A stretch of DNA of 64,000 nt from Schizosaccharomyces osmophilus (taxonomy: Eukaryota), in NCBI RefSeq assembly GCF_027921745.1, contig NC_079238.1:62001-126000 (forward strand), in the 5' to 3' direction. Every line of letters starts with the position of its first letter. Position 1 is the stretch's first letter. Shown here piece by piece: positions 49,438 to 59,561 of this stretch. A model generated the notes under the pieces. It saw only the letters and a list, made by a program, of their open reading frames with translations, was not told the origin of the DNA and did no database searches. Made by a program: the position numbers and the translations under genes.

Positions 49438-50055
49438 TTACGGTTTAGGACTTGAGTTCAAGTTTTCCAAAATTTCTGCAAACATTTTGTGGATTGCTTC
49501 GACGCAGCCCCCCTCTAGCCATAATTGCTTCAAGCCATCGTCTAGCCGGCCATTCCTCATGCAATCTTCTAAAGTCTTCAAGGTGATGGTTAAGGAAGGG
49601 GTCGTAGAAACACATTTCATCCTCAGTCCACGAGTGACATCTTGCAAGTGAGCAGCCGCTTTTGAGCCACCATGGCCTCCGTACGAAACGATACCAACAG
49701 GTTTTCCAGTCCATTCATGGAAGAGATAATCAATAGCATTTTTTAGAGATGCAGGTAGACTCCAATTATATTGAGGAGTGACAAATATATAAGCATCGTA
49801 TTTTCGAATTTCATACGACCACTTGCGGGTAGTCTCGTGTTGGTAATGGCAAGTGGGATCTTCTTTTGGTAAGGTAGCTGGAATTCGAGGCTCATTATAT
49901 ATGGGAAGATTATAATTCGTAATGTCCACAGAATGAAGAGATATTCCATTTGGTAAACTTGATGCTATGACAGAACGTACATAGTCTGTAATGAAAGGGT
50001 TCAGACGTGGACTACGAGTACTACTTGTTATAAAAGCTATTGTTTTTTCGTGCAT
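49438..50055 (-). CDS. NAD(P)H-dependent FMN reductase (Lot6/SsuE-like flavodoxin fold)
   Basis: SSTRSPR, FVTPQYNWSLPASLKNAIDYL..EW.GKP, SYGGHGG. Confidence 0.92.
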   Translation of the reverse strand: MHEKTIAFITSSTRSPRLNPFITDYVRSVIASSLPNGISLHSVDITNYNLPIYNEPRIPATLPKEDPTCHYQHETTRKWSYEIRKYDAYIFVTPQYNWSLPASLKNAIDYLFHEWTGKPVGIVSYGGHGGSKAAAHLQDVTRGLRMKCVSTTPSLTITLKTLEDCMRNGRLDDGLKQLWLEGGCVEAIHKMFAEILENLNSSPKP

Positions 50056-51208
50056 TCTTATGATATCGCTTTACTTGCCATTCACTTTAGGTTTTTTAAG
50101 TCGTACCTTTCCGCGGATACCACGAAATCCGGTCTCTAAGGCCGAGGTCTACCCTTAGGTCCCTTGGTGTGTGTAGTCGTAGTAGATCGTTCTACCATTT
50201 TGCAGTTTGCAACACGTATACCACCGATCCTGTTGTTGTCTGCTAAATGTAGATAAAGACCACTGGAGTTGAGTTGTTTCTCTGAATGAAATGCAGTTTC
50301 CACAGCAGAATAGTTGGAACGTTGCAGAGTCCTCCAAACGACTTGAAAATCAAAATCAAAAGTGGAAACTTTTTAAAATAGAAATCAATAAATAAGTAGA
50401 CATATGAAAAAAAAAAAAAAAAAAAAAAACTCTGAAAACGATTTAGAACACCAACAGCATCAATAACGATTCATCTTAATCCCCCACCATCAAACAGGCT
50501 AAAAAGTTGTGCAAAGCAAAAGGTGCGCCTATTTCTAGGCCAACTATTTTCGGTTTCTTCACCATAAACATGAGATCAAAAGGCGAATATTCCGCTGCAT
50601 CCTTTGCTACATTTTTTACGAAAAATAAACAGAAAAACATGTTATAATTTATTTATTTTTCACTTTATTTTTATTTGTTTGTTTATTTATTTTTTCGCCC
50701 ATCCTTTTCTACCTCATCTACCACTACCCGTTACCCGCTACCAGGCGTTTTCTTATCTAAAGGTTCTCTTAGGAACGAATCACCATGGACGCGAATCCCA
50801 ACGTAAGTTACAGATTAGAGATGAGCTAAGCGTGATCCAAAGATACAAATTCCTAATTGTCCCCGCATATTTACCATTTGAAATGATCAATATGACTAGG
50901 TATATTGAACATTTCAACCAAAAAAAAGGCAATGCCTAACTCAAGTAATTGGATATCTGTAGATGACAAAAAGGATTGAAAGCAAAAAGATATCCGACAA
51001 AAGATGTAGGCCAAGTATATATACTTGGGTAAAATGCGATTTCTTTGGCATCTTGTTTATTTTCTTGTGTAAATCACAAAACGATCGCGATTGTCTGTCT
51101 CTGGAAATTGCAATTCTACTTAACTCTGTCTTGACTTTGTGGAAGTCTCCTATTCAGAAAAAACCTAGTTAGACGTATTGACAGAAAGGACGCTGACACT
51201 CTTTTATT

Positions 51209-52981
51209 ATGAGCAACGAGGAAGCAGACAATCATCTTACCTATACATACGGAAGGCGTAGTTCAGAGTCCTCTGACACGGAGAAAGACAAAAAAGGAGT
51301 ACATACCTTTACTCTCAAGTCTGGGGAAAGCGAAAAGGATACCAATGGTGAAAAAGCTAAACCCGATGACTTGGGACCACCTCTTCCTCAAAGGACTTTA
51401 TACTCTTTGTTCTTTGGACCAAGGACAAAAATACCCAACGATGCGATAGCCACTCAGTATTCCGTGTACGATGATCCCAATGTACGAGAAGCGTATTACC
51501 CTATTGATACCTATGAAAATATACATAGATTCGACCCATTTTTTCGATGGAGCTGGGGAGAAGAAAAATGGCTTGTTAGAAAAATGGATTTGTTTATTAT
51601 GCTCTGGACATGTATTATGTTTTTCGCACTTGAGCTGGATCGTGCCAATATCAAACAAGCGCTGAGTGATACCCTTTTGGGTGATTTAGGCATGACCACA
51701 AATGATTATAATAACGGAATGATTGTTTTTTATTGTTCCTTTTTACTTGCAGAATTGCCATCACAACTCATTAGTAAACGTGTTGGTCCTGATCGCTGGA
51801 TCCCCACTCAAATCACGCTTTGGAGTATTGTGACAATATTTCAATTTTTCTTAAAAAATAAAGCTTCCTTTTATGTGACCCGAGCCTTGCTTGGTATTTT
51901 AGAAGGAGGATTCATTCCGGATGTTGTTTTGTATTTGTCTTATTACTACACAGGTTCTGAGTTGAACCTTCGCTTTTCCTTCTTTTGGATTTCCAATTCC
52001 CTTGCTGATATTTTCGCTGCTTTTTCTGCCGTCGGCATTCTCAAACTAGGTGGTCACCATGGGTATGCTGGTTGGCGCTACCTCTTTTTGATTCAAGGTA
52101 TTATTACCCTGTGTATTGGTGTATTGTCCTACGGTATGATGCCTTCTGGACCCACTGCCACTGCCTCTTGGTTCCGCGGGAAAAAAGGTTGGTTTAGTGA
52201 ACGACAAGAGAAAATCATTGTCAATCGAGCATTACGAAACGATCCTTCGAAAGGTACTATGCACAATAGACAAGCATTAACTCCCAAGCTTTTCTGGAAA
52301 GCCCTCTGCGATTACCATTTGTGGCCTCTGTATGCAATTGGAATTTGCTTCAATATTCCATATCTTCCACCAAACTCCTATTTAACATTAAGCTTGAAAA
52401 GCCTTGGATTCTCAACTGTCAAAACCAATTTACTCGTCCTTCCCTCCATATTTCTAACCATCATCAATTTGTTGGGAATTACCTTTTTTAGTGAATTGAT
52501 TGGAGAGAAATCAATTGTTTGCATGGGTCCTCAGTTTTATGTACTACCTTTGCTGATCGCTTTGTATGTCTTACCAGGGTCTACCAGCAAGTGGGTATTG
52601 TATGTACTCTCTACTTTAATTGTTGGTACACCATATGCGCATGCCTTGCAGGTGGGATGGAATTCTCAAAATTCAAATTCTGTTCGTACCCGAACCGTGT
52701 CTGCTTCACTGTATAACGTTTCAGTTCAAATCGGTAGCATTGTGTCTTCCATGATTTATCGGGCAGATGATGCCCCTCGCTACAGACGAGGAAACCGCGA
52801 TCTCATTGGCATTACTTGCCTTAACGTTGTTATTTATTTATTTACAAAATTCTTCTATGTCTACATAAACAAAAAGAGAGACAAAGTATGGAACGACATG
52901 ACGGAGGAGGAGAAAAAATATTATGTGGAGAATACTACAGACGAAGGAAACAAAAGATTGGATTTCCGGTTTGTGCACTAA
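51209..52981 (+). CDS. MFS Dal5/ACS-family transporter, Soa1(YIL166C)-like sulfonate/alternative sulfur transporter
   Basis: YENIHRFDP.F.W...EEK.LVRK.D, LDRANI, AELPSQL.SKR.GPDRW.P.Q, DPSKG.MHNRQ, NSNSVRTRTVS, C-terminal RLDFRFVH. Confidence 0.85.
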   Translation: MSNEEADNHLTYTYGRRSSESSDTEKDKKGVHTFTLKSGESEKDTNGEKAKPDDLGPPLPQRTLYSLFFGPRTKIPNDAIATQYSVYDDPNVREAYYPIDTYENIHRFDPFFRWSWGEEKWLVRKMDLFIMLWTCIMFFALELDRANIKQALSDTLLGDLGMTTNDYNNGMIVFYCSFLLAELPSQLISKRVGPDRWIPTQITLWSIVTIFQFFLKNKASFYVTRALLGILEGGFIPDVVLYLSYYYTGSELNLRFSFFWISNSLADIFAAFSAVGILKLGGHHGYAGWRYLFLIQGIITLCIGVLSYGMMPSGPTATASWFRGKKGWFSERQEKIIVNRALRNDPSKGTMHNRQALTPKLFWKALCDYHLWPLYAIGICFNIPYLPPNSYLTLSLKSLGFSTVKTNLLVLPSIFLTIINLLGITFFSELIGEKSIVCMGPQFYVLPLLIALYVLPGSTSKWVLYVLSTLIVGTPYAHALQVGWNSQNSNSVRTRTVSASLYNVSVQIGSIVSSMIYRADDAPRYRRGNRDLIGITCLNVVIYLFTKFFYVYINKKRDKVWNDMTEEEKKYYVENTTDEGNKRLDFRFVH

Positions 52982-53573
52982 ACCTTTTCAATTAAGGAGT
53001 GAATTTTTTGAGACTTTTTTGGTATATTTTGATAGTTGTTTTAATGAATTGGCTCAAAACTATGGGGTTTTTTTTTATATTTAAACAAGTGGAAATATAA
53101 GAGTATATGTATTGTTTACGCCAACGTAGGATGAAAGTAAATTTGAAGTTTTGAATTTCTTGAATTGATGACAAAAAATTTATAATTTCTTTCTTTTTTT
53201 TAAAAAAAAAAATACATATACACTTTTCAGAAGTTTTAGCTATAGGGTTTATTTGCAAGTTGACAAGCTTGTATATATAGCAGCAGCCCTTTCCACGGAC
53301 TCAATACATTTTGAAGAAATCAATTATAAAATTTACAATACCCCAAAACAATACTCAAAAAATGATCACTTATTTCCCGTCCAAAAATTTGTCGACCACC
53401 TCCAGTTTAAACTTCTTTACTTACAAGGTATCATCAATGCTAACAGAGATTACAATGATAAACACAACCAATATCGAGTGCCTAAAGGTGTTCATTGATA
53501 GGGTATAAATTCTTTTGGTATTATTCCTATAATTAATTCTATATCTTCTAGAAAAAACTTCTTTCAAGGAAAA

Positions 53574-55880
53574 TTAGGTTGCAAAACATCTCTCAACAGA
53601 ATCAGAATTATTTCCCCACCAGCTTGGCATTGCAACTTGTTTTCCAGCGCTGAAAAAAATAAATATTAATAGCATGGCAAGATTAAACGCTGTGTCAAAT
53701 GCAGCACCAAGGATGTAGTTGTACTTTCTCCAAAGATTGTGTCTGTAACGATAAAAGTAAAAGTTGGTAATCGTTCCTCCAATAAAACTTGAAAAGTAAC
53801 CTGTGGAAAGGTTACCATAGAAGTGGGACATGGTGGAGCAAAAGATCGTAATATTCCACAAGTGAAACTTTCCCTTAGGGAAAAGCCTAAAGAGGATATA
53901 AATTATTGCAGGTGCCAAAGCGCCTGCCAAAAAACCATAAGGTAGAGGACGGTACATAGCTTCCGCAAATAGTCTCTTTGGTCCAATTAAAACATACTGA
54001 ATTGCCATTGTATTATAGCTGACCAAAGATTGACCTGTCCACTGATGCAGTGGATCCTTTTTTTCACCTGAAAGGAATTCTCGCTTGGTGTTTAAGACCC
54101 ATCGAAGACATCCATAATTGACGGGTACACCCAAAAGTTCACCAAAAATTTGAGAGAAAAATACCGCTCTCGGAGGTATGTGCATGTAATGACCAATCTT
54201 TTGATCTTGAAGCATATATTGGGCTCGATACCATGCGTCACCAGCTATAGCACCGTAACTTGATGCACCAGCAGGATGCTTAAAACCAGAAACCGCATGG
54301 ATCATATAACCATATATGAGTTCATTAAAGGTACCAATGGCAAGTTGGAAGTTACTGAGGGCATACAACCAGGACATCGGGGTTACGATAATAGCACCAA
54401 AGCCTAGGGCCACTATGTATGCCCACCATGGAATAAACATATTACCAGTAGCAAAGATGGTGATTAATATGACAAAAGAGATGAGAAATAAAACGAGAAA
54501 CCACCACAAGGGAACATCATCATAAGAGCTCTGAATTTTGTTGAGACGATCGGTATATTCGTTACTAATATTTCCTCCGCTTCGTATACGACGGAAAAGT
54601 TTTTTTCCTGTGGAAATAATTTGTTTGTGTCCAAAAAAGAGAATCCAAGTAATAGCCGATATGTACGAAGCGTAGTCAAAAAACATATTCCAAATCTTTT
54701 GGGTTCCCATATAGCCAGGGCCTATTTCCTGATATGCTGTTTCATTGAATTGAAAGTTTGCTGTCATCAATCTTGTTGCTGGATATACAGTACCATTTTT
54801 CAAAAATAGACTGTTGGACATCAAACCATGCTTAAAAGATCCTAAATTTCCCCATTTGGCAGCAGGAAGAAGAATCCAAGCACCAACAACAAAAGCAATA
54901 AATTTAATGACTTGAGTCCAATAAGGCATGATCATGATACTGGAGGTGATGTTACTCCAGTCGAGAGTAATATTAAGAAATCCCATTCCAGACATACCTG
55001 ATCCAAGAAAATTGGCAACCTGGTTCCTAGGAGCTACCCAACACAAAAATGCCAAGGATCCGGTCATGGGAAAGATATATTCTGGAAAGAATTGCCAAAC
55101 CGTCAGTCCAACCAGGCCAATAAAAAACACTCGCATTTGTTTGGAAGCTAACTTTGAATTGTTGTCGCTTTTACGGAAGGCCTCAAAAAGCGATGTTTGC
55201 ATAAGAGCCTGAGGCCATTGATATTGGGGATCATATAGTAAAAAGTTTCTTGCAATAGCAGCAAACGAATATCCCGTCCATACAATGGCCCACATAAAGA
55301 AGATTGCAACTGCAGGATTCACCTTTTGATTGTAAAACAGCTCTGCGACGGAAATACTGGTAGTACCCTGACTGCCCGTAGCACCCGATGCAGCTGAAAG
55401 TGTGACCAGGACGCATTCTTTAACGGAAAAGGGACCAGGGTTTAAACTGAAACTAAATTTCCAGATCCGGATTGTTTTTGAGGGTAAAATTTTTGCGAGC
55501 CATTTTCCTAACCAGTAACTGGCGATTTGAACAAAGAAGACACTATACGCTGCCGAACTTGTTCGATAACTGCTCATGGTATCAAGGAATGCACCAGGAG
55601 GAATAAAGATTAAAGTCATCAAAAAGTACCGAAATGTCAATGTTGGTTCTTTAGGGTCATCTTCCAAACTCACGGTTTCTCGAACCTCTATTGGCAACTC
55701 TTTTAAATCATCTTCTAATTCCTGTTCTTTTTCTTCGTTCTCCCACACGTCTTCTTCCTTGACATCTGTCAAGGAAGAATATAATTTCTTTTCATCATTC
55801 TTTTTGGATGCATCGTCCAGCTCTGAGTCTAGCGAAAACGATGTATTCGCAACCTCCAATTTGGATCCCGCTTTATACAT
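53574..55880 (-). CDS. OPT-family oligopeptide transporter
   Basis: 768 aa; EVR.TV..EDDP...LTFR, LNPGPFSVKE, Y..VP.WWF, DQKIGHYMHIPPR, W.KYNYIL.AAFD, WWGN. Confidence 0.92.
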   Translation of the reverse strand: MYKAGSKLEVANTSFSLDSELDDASKKNDEKKLYSSLTDVKEEDVWENEEKEQELEDDLKELPIEVRETVSLEDDPKEPTLTFRYFLMTLIFIPPGAFLDTMSSYRTSSAAYSVFFVQIASYWLGKWLAKILPSKTIRIWKFSFSLNPGPFSVKECVLVTLSAASGATGSQGTTSISVAELFYNQKVNPAVAIFFMWAIVWTGYSFAAIARNFLLYDPQYQWPQALMQTSLFEAFRKSDNNSKLASKQMRVFFIGLVGLTVWQFFPEYIFPMTGSLAFLCWVAPRNQVANFLGSGMSGMGFLNITLDWSNITSSIMIMPYWTQVIKFIAFVVGAWILLPAAKWGNLGSFKHGLMSNSLFLKNGTVYPATRLMTANFQFNETAYQEIGPGYMGTQKIWNMFFDYASYISAITWILFFGHKQIISTGKKLFRRIRSGGNISNEYTDRLNKIQSSYDDVPLWWFLVLFLISFVILITIFATGNMFIPWWAYIVALGFGAIIVTPMSWLYALSNFQLAIGTFNELIYGYMIHAVSGFKHPAGASSYGAIAGDAWYRAQYMLQDQKIGHYMHIPPRAVFFSQIFGELLGVPVNYGCLRWVLNTKREFLSGEKKDPLHQWTGQSLVSYNTMAIQYVLIGPKRLFAEAMYRPLPYGFLAGALAPAIIYILFRLFPKGKFHLWNITIFCSTMSHFYGNLSTGYFSSFIGGTITNFYFYRYRHNLWRKYNYILGAAFDTAFNLAMLLIFIFFSAGKQVAMPSWWGNNSDSVERCFAT

Positions 55881-56022
55881 CTCCTTGGCAAAAGAAAGTA
55901 TTTCTAAATGTATAGCAACATGCTTCCATTCACGTTCTTTTATACAAATCGCTGGATGTATTGATTAACGCGTCGAATTTTGTGATTTTGATGGTGAAGT
56001 AACCAATGCGAATTTTGTTACT

Positions 56023-56154
56023 TTATCGCGTGTTTTCATTTTCAAATTGGGTGATACCTGCCTGCCGAGGAGATACATAGCCATGGTTATCGCGTGTCGC
56101 GTGTAATTTATCGCTGCTTATCGAAAGTCAAATGGAGGGGTTGATTAAGATAAG
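56023..56154. promoter_or_regulatory. Cluster of five GATA elements upstream of the OPT gene
   Basis: TTATCGCGTG 56023 and 56087, TTATCGC 56108, TTATCG 56118, GATAAG 56149. Confidence 0.6.
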
Positions 56155-56836
56155 GTGGGGGTAGCCAAGAGGAAAATGTAGTAGGACAGAGTAAGGGTGG
56201 ATCGAGACGAACGGCATAAAAATGAAAAGAGAAAAGAAAAAGGAAGTGGGATAGAGAGAGAGAAGATGTCTGAGGTACGGAGGATGTTTTTTTGTTTTGT
56301 TTTTGTTTTTTGTTTTTGTGAATGCTGCTCTATGATTGCAATGGCTCCTCTCTGGATGACTTTACTATTCGGCAGTCTTTCTCACTTATGGATGCTGAAA
56401 GAACCAAACGAGTAACGTAGAGTACAGTAGTTGAGTATAGAGTTGGAAGGGTTTTGTATGGAAGGAGACAGCGAGCATGGACTTTTTTAATATTTACTTT
56501 ACGAATATACTTAAAAAAAAAAGAAAAAGAGGGATTATAAGATTCATAAACAACTAGCATACAACTCGGACTTGCAATTCAAAAAAACGTCTATCAAGGG
56601 AGCTACCATTTGTGTAAAAGTAAAGCTGGACGGTGCTCCAAGGCTTTTTCTATTTCGTTCCGATGAGATGCAGCTAGCTCATATATTTCGTAATTCATTC
56701 GACATCAGTTCTTGACCATTGAGATTTGAAATTCATAAAAGGGACACCACTGGTAGAAAAACCTGTTTCATATACCATCTCGTCAAGCATAACCGTTGGA
56801 CGTCGTAAAAGAATTCAGGAATCATTTTAACTAGCA

Positions 56837-57052
56837 TTAAATTGCGGCATGGACCAACTGACAAACATTTGTTGGTCGTTTAGAAAAATAACTCAAGTGT
56901 TCCATAGAGAGCATCTGGAAGTTTTGTTCCACCGACATCCTTTGATCTGTTGACCTTCTGTACTCTGTAGAGTCATTGGATTTACATTGATCGCAACAAT
57001 ACAAATGGTCATCGGTATCATTTCCACAGACAATGCAATAGTCAAAGTTCAT
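56837..57052 (-). CDS. ecl1: Ecl1-family (extender of chronological lifespan) zinc-binding protein
   Basis: 71 aa; DYCIVCG...LYCCDQC (CxxC...CxxxC) and SVEQNFQMLSMEHLSYF resembling recalled S. pombe Ecl1 (SVSSEYQFLVSEHLAHF). Confidence 0.85.
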   Translation of the reverse strand: MNFDYCIVCGNDTDDHLYCCDQCKSNDSTEYRRSTDQRMSVEQNFQMLSMEHLSYFSKRPTNVCQLVHAAI

Positions 57053-57898
57053 AAAATAAGTGAAATAAAAATGAAATAAATCAATAAAGCGTGAGAGACT
57101 ACGGATTGATGAAACCGTAATTGTGCAATGACCAAAGAAAGAAATCGGGATTCGATTTCAAGTTTCTCTTCCTTGGTTTCAACTGGATGGATATTCTTAC
57201 TTTTTTTTTTTCTTCAACGATTCCAAATATATATATATATATATATATCTACATTGCTGTTGTTTTTGTATGACATGCTTGCGACTAGGAAAGAAAGCGA
57301 CATATTACGCGATGGTAGGAAATGGAGCACGTAAGCTGTGAGGAAAGCAGATATCCATGAGGGAGATTGGTAAATTATTTGTTGAAAATAAACCATTATT
57401 GCGCTACGTCTTTGCAAGAGCAAGTGAACGTAGACAATAATTGAAAAGTCGTATAAATGACTTGTTGATTTCTTGCTAAACATTTTTGAGTCATGAAGAT
57501 ATATTCTTTTTTGGGTCATCCAAGCATCTATTCAAAGGGTGGAGAAAACTAAAAAGTTTTGTTTTCGCTTTGTACATTGGATACAAACATTTGAACTATT
57601 GAATCAAAAGGTTGAATAGTTCAAAGGTTCCATAGGAATGAAAACGACAAAAGTCTTGTCTACCTTTGTTTGCACATTCTACCTATACAACTTTACAGCT
57701 AGAGCAACATACGAACCATGAATCCAACTGTTTCATCGTTTTCTACTTGTAGCTTTCTCAGCATATGCGTAAACAAGTCATAAGATTAACATAGAATATA
57801 CATAACAGGATAGTTAATCATAAAAAAAATAAAAAAAAATAAAAATTCCGCGAAACTATTGTTTGCGACACAAAGAATGCAGAATGAAGAATGCGTAA

Positions 57899-58501
57899 TT
57901 AATACTTTGGTTTTGTCTTTGCAGCATCTGCAACTCGAACAGGACGAATTAAATCTTTAAACCATTTTGTTTCCAATTCCAATTCATAGATCCTATGTTC
58001 CAATTGCTTGATTTTCTTTTCGTATTCCTGGACCGTCTGTTCGAGGTATTGCTCTTTGGCTTTTCTTCGTTGTCGAAATCGAGCACTCGCCAAAGTGTTT
58101 CTTCTACGCCGTTCTTTGTCTTCGACAACACCGACCATTCCTTCAAAGGGACTTGTCATTGACGATTCGTTGCCAGAAAAGTCCGCCGTAGGAGCGTTTT
58201 CTTCTCCCGCACTTTCTTTTGCATGCTTTTGCTCTAGTTCTAGCTCTAGGGCGTTCATGGGTGGTAAGTCATCATCATTCGTGTTGGGGGGAAACGTCGT
58301 TGCATGCCCATTTCTGCCATAGGCGATTTGGAACCCATTCTCCTGAGCAGACTTGATGTATTGCAACGTGGAATATTCCTTGGAATCTAAATATTCTCGA
58401 TACGACTTGTTACTCTTTGGTGACACTGGTTGCTCTTGAGGAATGTACTCGGTGGCATTAGGAATTACTGCTCGAGTCGGTAGTGTAGAATTCGATTCCA
58501 T
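57899..58501 (-). CDS. bZIP transcription factor, Zip1/MetR/Cys-3-like (short form)
   Basis: EDKERRRRNTLASARFRQRRKAKEQ.LE...I..LE.RI.ELELETKWFKDLIRP resembles the recalled Zip1 bZIP (EEDKRRRNTAASARFR...ELEMENNWLKGLIRP); 200 aa. Confidence 0.88.
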   Translation of the reverse strand: MESNSTLPTRAVIPNATEYIPQEQPVSPKSNKSYREYLDSKEYSTLQYIKSAQENGFQIAYGRNGHATTFPPNTNDDDLPPMNALELELEQKHAKESAGEENAPTADFSGNESSMTSPFEGMVGVVEDKERRRRNTLASARFRQRRKAKEQYLEQTVQEYEKKIKQLEHRIYELELETKWFKDLIRPVRVADAAKTKPKY

Positions 58502-58858
58502 ACTTCATCGATAATTGAATTAGGATTCACAAAACCCTCGCTTGCTTGAAAATCTTGTCAATTTGTTGGGAAAAGAAGAAATTAATACTACCAACTTTTC
58601 CATTTCATTGACAAATTCACAATACCTAGTTCATTAAAGTTTGAATCGAGGATAGCAACAACTATCAACAACGATGCGGGTTTGTCTTGTTTTTTTCCCC
58701 AAGCTTGTACCTCATTTTACGTGATCTTTGCAAAAATTGAGTCAGCCTTGTTCTTGACTTACGAGCGATGATCCATCGTTGTACACTTACTACTAACCAA
58801 GCCTTTGGATTCGTACATATAGCTACTAATCACGCAAACGCCCTCGTTCCTCTTCTTA

Positions 58859-58884
58859 GTGTCACTGTCACTGTCACTGTCACT
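58859..58884. repeat. (GTCACT)4 microsatellite
   Basis: gtgtcactgtcactgtcactgtcact. Confidence 0.8.
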
Positions 58885-59561
58885 ATTCGCCAAGAAATTC
58901 TCGTTCCCCTTGTATGATATTAAACGCTTCAAATTAATAATATAATGCAAACAAGTGTTTCCTAATTCACTGTTGGACATCAAGCAACAGCATCACAACC
59001 TCTTGGTAACCCAAGCTACTACAGGTAGCTGCAGGCAAACTTTGAAAGTTCTCTAGCAAACTACGACAGGTACTGCATCCTATTCATAAAAACATTAGAT
59101 AAAATAGAAATGCTACTCATTTTGTAACAAGGATTTCCGCCTACTTTTTAATACAAAACTCAGCGGAAAGATCCCCAAGAGATTCACTTTTTTTATTTTT
59201 TATTTTATTTTATTTTTATTTTTGTTCATTCATCGAAAGACCGCCTGCGACCGCCGAATACAAGATGAAGCCATGATAACACTACGATGCATCACAGAAA
59301 ATTTCATTGGCGTTACCAACACTTACAAGTCGTTTCGACTACGAAAATTATATTAAAGCGTTAATACAATATATTGATAGCCACAAGCATCTATTACGTG
59401 ATAGAAGGAATTTGGATGCAAAATTTTCAATTGGGTGAAGATCTGGCATCATGGGCGAGATACTGATAAATACAAAATTGAACGAGTCCCCCGGTTTGTG
59501 AACAGAACCGTGGAGTTAACCAAAACCTACGTTAATCGTATCTTGGTGTCTTTGAAGAGAC

